Below the pieces are notes generated by a model that saw only the letters and a list, made by a program, of their open reading frames with translations, was not told the origin of the DNA and ran no database searches. Shown here piece after piece: positions 28,179-43,870 of a stretch of 64,000 nucleotides of DNA. The first letter of the stretch is position 1, and each line of letters starts with the position of its first letter. The DNA lies in the NCBI GenBank assembly GCA_964016885.1, contig OZ024740.1:331700001-331764000 (forward strand), read 5' to 3'. The DNA comes from Eledone cirrhosa. Lineage: Eukaryota. The translations under genes were made by a program, and so were the position numbers.

Positions 28179-28606
28179 ATGTGTGTGTATGTGTGGGGGT
28201 ATGTGTGTGTGTGAGAATGTGTGTATATGAATAAGCTTGTTTGGTTGTTTAATAGGGTTGTATATGAAATTATATACTATATGGTTATATAGAATAAAAA
28301 CATGGGAGCTTCACTATCAAAGACAAACCTTTTTGACGTTAAGAACAAATTAATTTTCTCTTTTGCTCTGTGAAGATGTCACTGATATCTAGGTAGCCGT
28401 CGCGAATGTAGGACAGCTGTTTTAAGTTCCGTAAATCCCTCATCAGTGACATTCATTCATCAGAACTAAGATGAAAATAGGCTACAGCCTATATGAATTT
28501 TACGCATTGAACATTTGCTGAAAATACTCATTTGCATACAGAAACTAGATATTATTGTCTAGAAATGCTCGTTTTCATATAGGGCGAACTTACATCATTA
28601 TTATTT

Positions 28607-28890
28607 GGCGGTGGATTGGTAGAGGGTCGGACGCCATGCTTTCCAGCATAGTTACGTCCATTTACGATATGAGTTCAGACCCGCCGAGGTTGACTTTGCC
28701 TTTCATCCTTACGGGGTCGATAAAATAAAGTACCAGTAATGCACTGGGTAATTGCTGGCCTTGTGCCAAAAGCAGAAACAATTATTATATAACGGCAGTT
28801 CAAATTCCGCTGGGTTAACTTTGTCTTTCATTTTTACGGTGTCGATAAAATAAAGCACAAATAATGTATTGGAGTAAATGCTGGCCTTGA
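28607..28890 (+). mobile_element. Tandem pair of tRNA-derived SINE copies (MetaSINE-like central domain)
   Basis: ggcggtggattgg...gagttca.a.cccgccgaggttgactttgcctttcatccttacggggtcgataaaataaagtaccag; family name recalled, not searched. Confidence 0.75.
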
Positions 28891-28974
28891 CAGTTCCTCC
28901 AAGTCACATCTTGCTCAGATTTCCCTATCATCCTTCCGTGATCGACAATGTAAACTACCAGCTAATTGTTTACT

Positions 28975-30150
28975 ACCAATAATCTATCCCTCTCTCTCTC
29001 TATTCAACCGTACCACTCTCTCTCTCCCAACACCCCTCTCTATATCTAGTACCACCAAACTCTCCCCCTCTCAATATCTACATTACAACACACTCTCAAC
29101 AGCCATCTCTATATCTACTACAAGTAATCTCTCCCCTATATCTACAGTACAACACACTCTCTCAACACATATCTCTATATCTACTACCAGAAACTTCTCC
29201 TCTCTATCTATCTACTACCACCAAATTATCCACCTCTCCATGTTTACCGTAACACTCTCTCTCCCAATCCCCATCTCTAAATCTATTACCACCACACTTT
29301 CTTTCTCTATATATCTACCACTCGACACTCTCTCATTATGTCCTTCTCGACAAAGAACACCATTAAACTCTCCCCCTCTGTATATCTACTAAACACATAT
29401 CTCTCACAATACCTCTCTATATCTAACACACCACACTCTATCATTATCTCATTATCGATATCCATAACCACTTAACTCCTCCTCTCTATATCAGTAACTA
29501 CTAAACTCTTCCCCTCTCTATATCTACCATACACCTAATTCTCCAAACACCCCTCTCTAGATATATGCTACCAGTAATCTCACCCCCTCACTCTATCTAT
29601 CTATACCTATATCTCCTAACACCCCTCTATATAACTATTACCGCAAAACTCTCCCCCTCTCTATATCTAATACCACTAAACTGTACCCCTCTCTATAACT
29701 AACATACACCTATCTCTCCTAATCCCCCCTCTCTGTATCTATTACCACCAAAATCTGTATTGCAATATCTCCCGCATGGCACTCTCTCATTAAACCCATC
29801 TCTACATCTAACCCCACTAAATCCTCCTCCCCTGTATATCTACCATACACCCATCTCATCCAACACCCCTCTCTAGTTCTATTACCACGAAACTCTTCCC
29901 CTCTCTATATCTACCATAAAATACTCTCTCCCTACACCACTCTCTATATCTACTATCAACAAACTCTCACCCTCACTATATCCGCCACACTACATTATCT
30001 CATTATCTTAATATATCTATAACCCTTAAACTCTCTCCCTCTCTATATCTACCGTACAACACTCTTTTCCATCGCCCATCTCTTTATCTACCATACATCC
30101 GTCTCTCTATCTACTGCCAACTAACACTCAATCTCTGTATCTAATACATC
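28975..30150. repeat. Degenerate C/T-rich minisatellite (~30-bp unit)
   Basis: Recurring ctctctatatcta(c/t)taccacc..aaactct(c/t)ccc; almost no G on the plus strand. Confidence 0.85.
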
Positions 30151-30501
30151 TGTCCGCCGTGGCCGCAGGGGGACCAGCGCATGGACCCCCATTCGTTTAT
30201 AATAGTGAGAGATGGGAAGAACGAGATAGACGGAGGCAGTGACTATGCCAGTATTTCTGAAGTAGTTTGTAAAATCAAAGGTTAAGTGACATGACGATAG
30301 ATAATTACGGCCCTTTACGTTCTGAGTTCATATCTCGCCGAGGTTAGCTTTGCCTTTCATTCTTAAGGGGTCGATAAAATAAAGTACCAGTAATCTACTG
30401 GAAAGAATTTAATTGACTTTCCTTTTCCCTCAAAAGACTAATTTTACTACTATTTATTTTGTTTTTGATTTGCATATATTTCTGTATAAATAACCAATTA
30501 T

Positions 30502-30602
<101 letters not shown>

Positions 30603-30629
30603 TATATATATACATATATACGCACATAT

Positions 30630-30960
30630 ATGTGTGGATGTATGTGTGGATGTATGTATATATGTATAGAGAGAGAGACAATAGGAAGGTTGTGTAGTTG
30701 CTAGTTAAGCTAGGCTTACAATTAAGAAGAAAGCAAGAGCAAGGGGGGGGGGGGGTCCTCATCAGATGTCTACTGGGGGTCTCGGATATTTCAACACTTT
30801 AAAGAGTTGAACTATCCGAGACCCCCAGTAAACAACTGATAAGGACCCCCCCCCCCCATTCTTGCTTTCTTCTTAATTTTAAGCCTAGCTTAACTAGCAA
30901 CTACACAACCTTCCTATTGTCTCTCTCTCTATACATATATACATACATCCACACATATAT
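30630..30960. repeat. ~330-bp imperfect palindrome between microsatellites
   Basis: gagagacaataggaaggttgtgtagttgctag...ctcggata is mirrored by tatccgag...ctagcaactacacaaccttcctattgtctctc; centre ~30800. Confidence 0.92.
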
Positions 30961-31273
30961 TCATATACACATACAGACATTAGTGAGCAGCAAAGAGATG
31001 GGAACCGCTGCTGAAGTCTGGGTTGCTTTCTTCTGTAGTGACCAGATATATTGTGATTGGAGCGTTCTCTGCAGTCATCAAAGCTTCAACGGTCGACCAA
31101 AAGATCAATGGCACGAAAACGTTATCTTTAGCTCCTGCAAATAACAGAAAAACCTAGCTGGCTTCATTGGAGCAATTGTAAAGGATTTGTCGGTAAATGA
31201 GAGTTGTGTGTTCGACCCCATGTGTGCTGGTATCCATCTTTTTCCGTACAGTAGGTCCCATTATTATACTATA

Positions 31274-32049
31274 CTAGCAGTGGTACCCGGAATTGCACGG
31301 GATAAGTTATTTTGGAACGCGGGCCACCATCAGACCTAATCGTGTAAAAACTGCATGCGTGTACAATATGTAAAGAAAATAAACCGAATACTCTGATGGC
31401 TAGATAATATTTAAGATTTTGCTCGATGAAGGAGGAAAAATGCAGGTTTTCACCTAATGCGGGCCCTAGGGCATCAAGAAAATGAATTTTTTTAATCTGC
31501 ATAATATGCCTTGAAATTTCGGGAAAATCGGCTAGACGTAACACCTCAAAAAAGCACTAAAAAGCTGAAAAAAATGTAGTTGTTCACCTTATGCGGGCCC
31601 TATAGGATCAAAAAGTTAAATTTGTTTATGTGCATAACACTCCCTGAAATATAAGTAATACACATGTAAAGTTTGAAAAAATCGGTTTGGTACTTCTCGA
31701 TTTTTAGCGATTCAAACTCACAGACACACACACACACACAGACAGACATCCTCAGGGAAGTTACGTAATGGAAACAGTCAGACATACAGACAGATATTAT
31801 AAGGGCACGACGTTATATGTAAGTATATGTCTAAAAAGAGAAAGACTAAGAATTATACAGAGAGATCGCTAAATCGCCTAATGCGGTCCCTATGGCATTG
31901 AACATTCGAAATGTTTTTTACTCAACAAACACCCTGAAACATAAGTATTATATGGGTAAAGTTTGAAAACAGTCGGTTGGGTGGTTCTCGAGTTTTAGGG
32001 ATTCAAACTCACACACACACAGACAGACATCCAGTTTTATATGTATAGA
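31274..32049 (-). mobile_element. Complete non-autonomous Helitron
   Basis: Minus strand 5' a|TCtatacatataaaactg; 3' cccg-tgcaattc-cggg hairpin then taccactg CTAG|t; A^T insertion site, no TSD. Confidence 0.85.
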
Positions 32050-32119
32050 TTATTTAATCAACATATATCGACGAAGCTTCTATTTCCATTCCATATATAG
32101 TATTAACATATATATATAT

Positions 32120-32200
<81 letters not shown>

Positions 32201-32311
32201 CATATAAGGTATTTATAAAGTATATATTAAAAGAAATGTATATATATACAGTGAACCTAATAGTAACACTTTGTACTGCACTATTCGCTATTGTTTCTGT
32301 TTTCTGTTTTA

Positions 32312-32351
<40 letters not shown>

Positions 32352-32390
32352 GATATTAACAAATGGAAACTATATTTATAAAACCATATT

Positions 32391-32455
32391 TATTTCATTA
32401 TACATATTTCAAGGATACCAAGTTAAATTATGGTATGCCTTCATCAGACAAAATA
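32391..32455 (-). ncRNA. Type I hammerhead ribozyme in the PLE 3' repeat
   Basis: tattttgt CTGATGA aggc-atacca-[10 nt]-tggtat-cctt GAAA TATGTA TA atgaaata; self-complementary ATATGTAT helix III; 8-bp helix I. Confidence 0.72.
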
Positions 32456-33544
32456 CAATATATACCAGTTTTATAAATAAACATTGACGTACCCTTTCAA
32501 AATGCGACCGTTACTTTTGGAAGACATCAGGATATTGGTTTGTTTATTTTAGTAAGTCGTAGTATTAAGGATAAGTAAAAAGACGGAGAGAGAGAGAGAA
32601 ACGTGGAGAAAAGAAAGGGAGATATAAATAAAGAAAAAGAGGAAAGAAAAAAGAAAAAAGAAAAAAGAAAAAAGAAAAAAGAAAAAAGAAAAAAAGAAAA
32701 AAAAAGAAAAAAAGAAAACAGAGGAAAACAACAGAGAGATATCAAACCACCAGACAGAGAGAAAAAACTCAAGTGAGAGAAATATAGAGATAGAGAGAGG
32801 GGGAGAGAAAGAAAACCTTAAGTCATGTCATATTAAGTTGAGTTAACAATTGAGATGAAATGAATAAATAAAATTAAAAATATTAATATTCATGAATGGA
32901 ATATACATATATAATATGAGAAATTAATCATTGTTTAATTATGATTAGATATTTAGTTTAAAAATTGAAATCAATATATTAAAAATTGGAATTTAAACAT
33001 CACAAAATATATATATTGCTAGAGAAATTACCTATCGTATAGCACGTACATATAGGCAAAGATACATAAATATATATATACACACACACTCAGAAAATAC
33101 ACAATATATCTACTCCCGCATATAATATATACATACAAAGCATAAGTGATTTTTTTAGTACTGCTATACATTCCTTGTGTTATTAAATAAAAATGTTTAG
33201 TATATATATATAAATATATAGGATTAACTTTCATGCATTTATGTCTGTTAAATTATGCATATCTGCAATCAAAACTGCATGGGTAAGCATGTACATGCAC
33301 ACACACAATTCTTAGCTATACATATATAAATATGTGTGTGCATCTTCACCCAATTGGTAGACACGCGTCACTCATGCATATATACAGACAGACATATAAT
33401 CATAAAAAAGCATATAACACATGTATATGTATGTTAATACACATACATAGATACATAGTCGTATAGAGATAAGTATACATCAATATATTACATAGTACAA
33501 TTGAGTATATAAAATACAAAAGGATTATATTTTGGAAATATAAT

Positions 33545-33932
33545 TATATCAATATAACTTAAAAGACAAAAGAATTCTACAAATATCAAAATATTAAAAT
33601 ATTTTAAAATATTATAGAATATTTTAAGTTAAAATAATATGTTTAATAGATTTAGTATAGCAATTTATCTTACGTATATTTTAATCAAGATATTGAAAGG
33701 ATAAACTTTTGAAAATTATGAGAAGCTATCAGAATAAAAACAAACCTAATAAAAAATAAATAAAATATTATATCAATATAACTTAAAAAACAAGGATTCT
33801 ACAGATATCAAAATATTAAAATATTTTAAAATATTATAGAATATTTTAAGCTAAAATAATAAGTTTAATATATTTAGTATAGAAATTTATCTTACGTATA
33901 TTTTATTCAAGATATTGAAAGGATAAACTTTT
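33545..33932. repeat. Direct duplication of ~165 bp in the PLE 3' UTR
   Basis: tatcaatataacttaaaa...gaaaggataaactttt at ~33545-33710 and ~33770-33932. Confidence 0.85.
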
Positions 33933-35716
33933 CTATAATAGTTTATTATATTTATATTTATATTTAGGAAGAAAATTTATACTTGTGTACATAACCAAAT
34001 AAAATGAAATAGGTGAAGGAATCTAATGATTTATCGACAGGTTTCATATATTAACCAAATTACTTAATTAATCATACTACATTTTAAATTTATATTTATA
34101 TTTAAACGTTGAGTTCACTCTATGTCTGCAGCAACTGAATAAATTATTCCTTAAATTAAGGCAATTTTTGATCTTTAATATAAAGAATATTTCCTCTATA
34201 CAAAGATCACAATTTTCCGAAGAGGAATTAAAAGGAGTAGCTTTTGGAATAATATTCCAAATCAGCAAATATTCAACATTATCTCGTTTTAGGTCCCATA
34301 ATAGGCTAGATAGCGAAGTTGAAGATTTTTGTGTGGATCTGTAAAAGAATTTTTATGATTATTGAAGCGGGATTTAAATTCTGTAGAGGTAGAACCGACA
34401 TAATTAAATGAATTTAAATTAGTTTTAACATTACAATTATAAACTACATTTTTAGCTAAGCAGTTGTTATTTAACGGACAGTTGGATTTATTTCTACAGT
34501 TACAATTATTCGATTGAATATTGCTTGGGTTATTATTGGTATTTTGTTTAGGTTTTAAATTTCTATTATTAATTCTATTAATCTTTTGTGCTAAATTTTT
34601 GGTGGAAGAGTAAGTTAATTTTATAGTATGTCTATTAAAAATTGAGTAATATTTATGTGTTCTAGGGAAGCGTTTGTCAAGAGCTTTAAAGAATAGTTTA
34701 GCAATAGGGGTTTTAATATTTCGTGAGAAAGGAGGAGCGAACCATAATATATTCCTAGTTCTATTTCTTTTTCGGCTTTCGGAATTATTGTAATGTTTTC
34801 TATTATAGTTGTTAAAATTGTTACCATAATTAAAGTTGTTATTATCTTCGTTAGTTTGTATATTATTATTATTATCGATGTATTTAATTTTATTTCTATA
34901 CCCAGCTCTACCTAACGCTTCGTTGTAATAATGCGCTTTTTCATCAAATATTAGATGAAATTCTTGAAATTCTTGAACAGAGTTCACTATAGTATTTTTA
35001 ACGAATCTGGGGTGATTAGAGTTAAAATTGACATAATTTAAGTTCTCATTTAGTTTGTGAAATGGATAATGAACACATGTGTTGAGATTTAGTGTTACAT
35101 CTAGAAAATTGACTATTTTATGGTTATTCTTTATTTCTACTTTTAGATTAAGGTAATTAAAAAATTGTATAATTTGTTTTCTTTTTCTATTTAATTCACA
35201 GCTATTATTTTCTATAAGTAAAAGCATGCCGTTACGATATAAGCCTCCGGTTACACCTGGTATTTTTCTATGTAGAGAATTAATTATAAATAGGCCCATA
35301 TGGTCCGTTACCTGAGCTGAGTCTGCAGATCCCATAGTTATGTCGAAATTATTATTTCTATCTGCCCTAGTCCAGAGTTGGTTATTAAATTCTATTAATG
35401 TTTTCCGTGCCGATAATATAATGTGCATTTCATTGCTAGTTAGGTTTGTATGTTTAAATGCGTAAGTTAGTGCCTTATTCAGTAGTTTATAAAACTGGTA
35501 TATATTGTATTTTGTCTGATGAAGGCATACCATAATTTAACTTGGTATCCTTAAAATATGTATAATGAAATAAATATGGTTTTATGAATATAGTTTCCAT
35601 TTGTTAATATTGTAATATCGTATATCTACTCCAAATACTTGTCGAGTGCTTTATATCAGTTATAAAAATATTTACTTGTTGTATCCCAACAATTTAAATA
35701 GAACTTTTGCATATAC

Positions 35717-35792
<76 letters not shown>

Positions 35793-35810
35793 GCGTGTGC
35801 GTGTGTGTGT

Positions 35811-38134
<2,324 letters not shown>

Positions 38135-38135
<1 letters not shown>

Positions 38136-40670
38136 TAATAAAAACAATGAAATAAAAAGAAAGAACAGGTTCCTTATATTGAAAAAATCATCATTTTACG
38201 ATCGTTTCTGGGATATATATCTGGGTGTTGGTATGTATATCATATTAAAGATCTATGTAAAAAATGATTACAAATTATCAGAGGAGATATACATACCTTC
38301 ACTTATATATGCCATCTTCAGAAATGATGAAGTATGTTTATTAAAAGAAACAAAGTATTAATACTAAAAGTCTGTTTTGGCAACAGGTTTTGAATTGACC
38401 AATAGAAAAGAGTTAGAGGTCAAGTTGATAGAATAAGAGTAGTAGAAACTTTATACTAGGAGTGGAGGAATGTAAATTTATGCTTTGAATGAAAATAATA
38501 CAATGGGGAAGAGAAAGGTAGGGGTTAAAATGAGGTTAAGTCAATGAGATAGTGAAGGATTCACCCCAAAAATTGATGTTATTAAAGAATGTTGTTCAAA
38601 GCGAAGGGAAAATATTTTTTTGTGGGATGAGAGTGTTAGTGAGAAATACTACTCCTGTTTAAATTCCAAGGAACCTAGATACAAATACTTACAGAGTTAA
38701 AATTATATTAATTCTTATGAATGTGATAAATAAAGAAGTAAAAGAAACAAAAATATATATATATATATATAGAAAGACTGAAATAGATAAAATTTTATAA
38801 AAAGTAGTGTATCTATCTAAACATCTATAATATTAAATATATTTATTATATTTACTAATCCTAGGTATTAAATGTGATAGATAGGGGATGCGGTTAAAAG
38901 AAGTAGTGAGGTTAAAATTTAACTTTAGGTAAATTGAGCTGCAAGAGGCAAATAAAATTATGAAATTATTTGTAGTAAATATCTAATTGTAGGTTAACTA
39001 AATAAAAAATTTATTTTTTAATTAATTATAATAATTTGTAAAATATAAGAGTGAGGTATATATTAATTACGTTTATAATATTTGAAGGTTTTTCTAATTC
39101 TATGATTGCATGATATACTCCTGTCGCTTATTTAATATGATATTATTAGATTTCATGATTTCAAATAGTTCTTTGGAGTTTAACCTACACGCATATCTGC
39201 TATTTTGATAAGGGGTGGCTCTTTTCAGCATGCTCCAGGTCAGGTTGTAATCAATATCCTTCTTTCTATAATTATTAACTGCTTCAGCCAAGGAGGTTGT
39301 ATTAGCTAATACGGCATTTTTAAAACTATGTTTGTGCGTATTAAATCTTACTTTAAATTGGTTTGACGTAGCTCCTATATAGGATTGAGTGGAGTCCTTA
39401 GTGCTAATTACACATTTATAGACTATGTTATTAACAAAACAATTTCCCTTTAATGGGCAATTTTATTTGATTCTACAGTTACAGCCATTCGTAAATATTG
39501 TATAAGGAGAGTTAATTGTGTTATCTATAGTGGTATTAGTGTTACTGTTTTCATTAATGTATGGTTTAGAATGGGTTGTAGTTAGATTAGTATGGTTAGA
39601 CAGGTTGTTGGTGGGTGATAGTTTAGGGGATTTGGAGCTAGTAGTGTTCTGTTTGTTTTGGAGATTATTAGTCAAAATTGGTGTGGAGCTCACGGGACCT
39701 ATTATAGATGAAGAAGAGGTGGTTTGTTTTGGTTTACTTTAATATTATTATGGTTGGTTGGTTGGATGTGTTGGTGGTATATTTATGTTTTTTTACACTT
39801 ATGTGTTGTACGCACTTATATTCTGTTGTATATTATTGGTAGTAGTGTAGGCAAATTTGACAGTAGATCTATTTAAAATTTGATGGTATTTATGGTTTGG
39901 TGGGAAGTTTTTCTCTAGGATAGCAAAAACTTTTTAGGGATATGGTCTTTAATCTGTAGATTAAATGGAGCGTTATTACGGTTTCGACATTGTTTCTTAT
40001 ATTTATATGATGTATCGGGATGTTTATTGAGAGAGTTACTATTAGTGATTTTATTATATATAGGTTTAGTTAGATTAATTGATGTTTTAGTCTGATTACT
40101 AGAAATTTTGTTAGTTATGTTGTTGACATATGTAAGAGTATTAGGGTGAATGGTTTTTTTTTAAGTCATTATATTTTATGTGAGAAGAGGTAGAGAAATT
40201 AAGTTTTGGGTTGGTGTTTTTAGGTGTAGTATGAGTGGCATTTAGGTGTTGGTTTTTCATTTGGTGTTTGTTGGTAATATTAGGTGGTATGTTTGAAATA
40301 TTATTGGTACAAGGTATATAGACTAATTTATTCTTATGGCCGCTTCTATCTAAAGCTTTATTATAAAAGGGGGCTTCATTATAAAAGGACGTTTTTATCG
40401 AATACATCATGATTTGATGAAAGGTTAGAGATTCTGAGTGTGATATGCTAGGTTTTTAAGGATAGATCTAGGGTGATTAGATTGTTAGTGTATGTAATGA
40501 AAGTTTTGGTTAGCTTTATGGTAAGGTTGGTAGATAACTGTAGATACCATAATTATATCTAGGAAATTGACTATTTTACTGGTGTTTTCAAATGTAATAG
40601 TGAGATTATAATAGTCTTTGAGGAAAGTTCTAATAAGTTTTTTATTTATTTCAAATTCTGATAGACTAAG
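38135..40670 (-). mobile_element. Decayed Penelope-like element with long-helix-II hammerhead at its 3' end
   Basis: Fragments VNFLD, SNHP, APFYNKALDRSGH, CNCRIK*NCPLKGNC...IVYKC...YIGATSNQFKVRFNTHKHSF, WSMLKRATPY. Confidence 0.85.
38188..38330 (-). ncRNA. Type I hammerhead ribozyme with long helix II (diverged relative of 18496/21743)
   Basis: tcatcattt CTGAAGA tgg...ggtatgtatatc/gatatacatacc...cca GAAA CGATCG TA aaatgatga. Confidence 0.82.
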
Positions 40671-40691
40671 ATGTATATATATATATACAGA

Positions 40692-40760
<69 letters not shown>

Positions 40761-41029
40761 GAAGAAGGGGGAAAAGTGAGACCTATAAGCGCTTCCAATG
40801 ATCTAGTACAGGGTTTCAAACCTGTTTTTCGTCATCACCCACTTTCACCTGAAAAGATGTTTCTACCGTCCACCTGTATTGTATATTCAAGAAACATACA
40901 AAGAATGTTTGGTAGAAGTTTCTTACTGGTTCTTAAATTGAATGATTATGATGTATTAAAAATACCAAAGAGAAGTAACAAATAATGCTGGTTTATGCAG
41001 CGACTGCTGCATGTCACAGGTTTGAATAT

Positions 41030-41500
41030 TTTCATTAAGATCATACACCCTCATCATTCGTCAACTTGAATGGAAAATTCGTAACTCTGGAGATTAAAGA
41101 TGAGTTGATGGTTCAAAGTGTAATTGTCAGGCTTTGTTATGTATTACAGTCGGGAACATTTATTCAAAGTAATGATTCTCCTATGGTTTATATTTACCAG
41201 CGTTTGCGACCAGTAGTGCAATATTATACGACGCAATCCTCCCGTTTTCATGATGCATATTTGCTTTCTAGAATTCTGAGATCAACGATTTTTGCTGTTC
41301 GAATGAAGTCTTTTCGAAGTTGCAAGAGATATGACAATAGCTATTTCTTGTGTTCAGCAAGCATAGAATGTAAATGATATTTTAAGCGTTCGGGTTTCAT
41401 AGCTTTGTTGCTTAAAGTTTGCTTGCATATAAGATACATAGATAATCGACTTCTCTAAAGAGAAACAATAAACCCGTATGATAAAAAGTCAATGCTCTTA
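41030..41500 (-). pseudogene. hAT (Charlie/Buster-type) transposase relic
   Basis: Manual translation SIDFLSYGFI...LICKQTLSNKAMKPERLKYHL...GRIASYNIALLVANAGK...FSIQVDE matches the zf-BED and following motifs; stops and frameshifts. Confidence 0.75.
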
Positions 41501-42128
41501 AATGAGGCATTGGGGTGTTTAAAAATCGTACAATGAACTAAGAAAATAGTAGGAACAATAGATAAATAAAATGTTCGTTTAACAAACTATATTTTTTCTC
41601 GAAATCCGTACTTCAAATATCTACAAATAAAAGAACGTTGCAATCACTCGGCGATCAATTCAATCTAAAGACTTAACGTGGTTTTCTGTTTATGTGAGCA
41701 TGCCTATTGAGCTGTGATCAGGTCGCAGCCTGGATTTCTCATATTTTGTTTGCCATTGACGCCCGCAAATTCTTGTATATGACATGTTGTCAGAGCTATT
41801 ACAGATCACCGCTTGATTCAGGTTATATGATCTCTCGATTATGGCGGGTTTGTTGAGTTTATCCTGAAGTCACTTCTAAATTTTACTGGCATAAGCATAG
41901 CAGTTCTTGGTTTTCCTTTATCTGATATTATTCTGAAAAAATTTACTCCATCCAAAGAAGTATGTGAATGTTAATGACTCTTCTCAAAACTAAAAAAAAA
42001 AACAATTTCAAAATGTGTTGTGAAGTATCGTTCGGTAATTGTTGTGAAATTAACTTTATACGTAACTCGTCCTTTGGACAGCATTTTCTAACAACTTTGG
42101 TTATAATCTTCTGATTTGTAAATGCATT

Positions 42129-42232
<104 letters not shown>

Positions 42233-42291
42233 GAGAGAGAGGGAGAGAGAGACAGAGAGAGAGCGAGAGAGAGAGAGAGCGAGAGAGAGAG

Positions 42292-42350
<59 letters not shown>

Positions 42351-42601
42351 TAGGCACTAATTGAAAAAAAGGTAAGAATAGAAAAAAGGATGACTATTAA
42401 CGTACATTGGACACGAAGCCACATCTTTGGTTTGTCGGACCAATCTATTACCATGACCCCAATACAACGCCCAGAGAGCTTTTGAAAATCCCTACTAACA
42501 GACTAATTTTATTTAGTCAAATACGACGAAAGCAGATGTTATTACCTAATTTTCTAATTAGCTAGCCGTTTGTAAACAAAGATTACTTTGTGTCTCCCTA
42601 T

Positions 42602-42694
<93 letters not shown>

Positions 42695-42700
42695 TACATT

Positions 42701-42735
<35 letters not shown>

Positions 42736-42745
42736 GTGTAGTATG

Positions 42746-42808
<63 letters not shown>

Positions 42809-42948
42809 TATATATATTATATATTATATATATAGTATATATATTATATAATATATATATATATATCGTTATATGCTTTTTCTATGAAAGAAAAAACCTA
42901 TAACGATATGTGCTTTTACGATTCTCCAGAAAGGCCGGTAGATAGGTA

Positions 42949-42993
42949 AATATTGCTGATGAGTTGTAACAACAACGAAACTAGTTCAATATT
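42949..42993 (+). ncRNA. Canonical minimal type I hammerhead ribozyme
   Basis: aatattg CTGATGA gttgt-aaca-acaac GAAA CTAG TT caatatt: perfect 7-bp helix I, 5-bp helix II, palindromic ACTAGT helix III, GUU site. Confidence 0.9.
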
Positions 42994-43269
42994 CCTTGTC
43001 TGGCTTTCTGAAGAATAGAGGAAAGGTGTTTCCTCAAAAACCAGTATGACTCTAAAAACCGGTTTGTCTGTGTGTTTACATACAGAATAGCTGGATTACT
43101 CACAGTAAAGTAACCAGTGAAAGACTTGGTACATCTACATATGTATACGTGTGTGTATTCATATGCATACTAGTATTTCAGTATGCATATGTAGATGTAC
43201 ATTTTTAACTTAATTGTTTAAGCGTCAGTCATACAAAAGTGAGTTACAAACGAAACGAAATTTAATTTC

Positions 43270-43445
43270 GTTTCGTTATTTGTTTTTATATATAATATAT
43301 ATATATATAATATATATAATATATATAATATATGTAATATATATATAATATATATATATATAATATATATATATATATTATATATATATAATATATAATA
43401 TATATATATATATATTATATATATATAATATATATAATATATATT

Positions 43446-43492
<47 letters not shown>

Positions 43493-43808
43493 TATATATT
43501 ATATATATATTATATTTATATATATTATATATATATATTATATATATATATATATTATATATATATATTATATATATATATATTATATATATATATAATA
43601 TCTATATATATATATTATATATATATATATATTATATACATATATTATATATATATTATATATATATAATATATATATATTATAATTATATATTATATAT
43701 ATATTATATATCTATATATATTATATATATATTATATATATATAATATATATATATTATAATTATATATTATACATATATTATATATCTATATATATTAT
43801 ATATATAT

Positions 43809-43839
<31 letters not shown>

Positions 43840-43870
43840 ATATATATATTATATATATATTATATTATAT
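43270..43870. repeat. ~600-bp almost pure A/T compound (TA)n microsatellite
   Basis: Interrupted (TA)n with TAA/TTA steps. Confidence 0.95.

Larger units (their letters stand above)
32349..35715 (-). mobile_element. Penelope-like element (WFxPPF/CNCR clade) with HHR-bearing 3' repeat and inverted copy at the truncated 5' end
   Basis: ORF 34289-35533: FDITMGSADSAQV, GLYRNG (decayed YRDD), VNFLDVTLNL, SNHP, WFAPPFS, CNCRNKSNCPL, VVY...YVG (GIY-YIG). 32353-32477 is inverted at 35486-35610. Confidence 0.9.
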
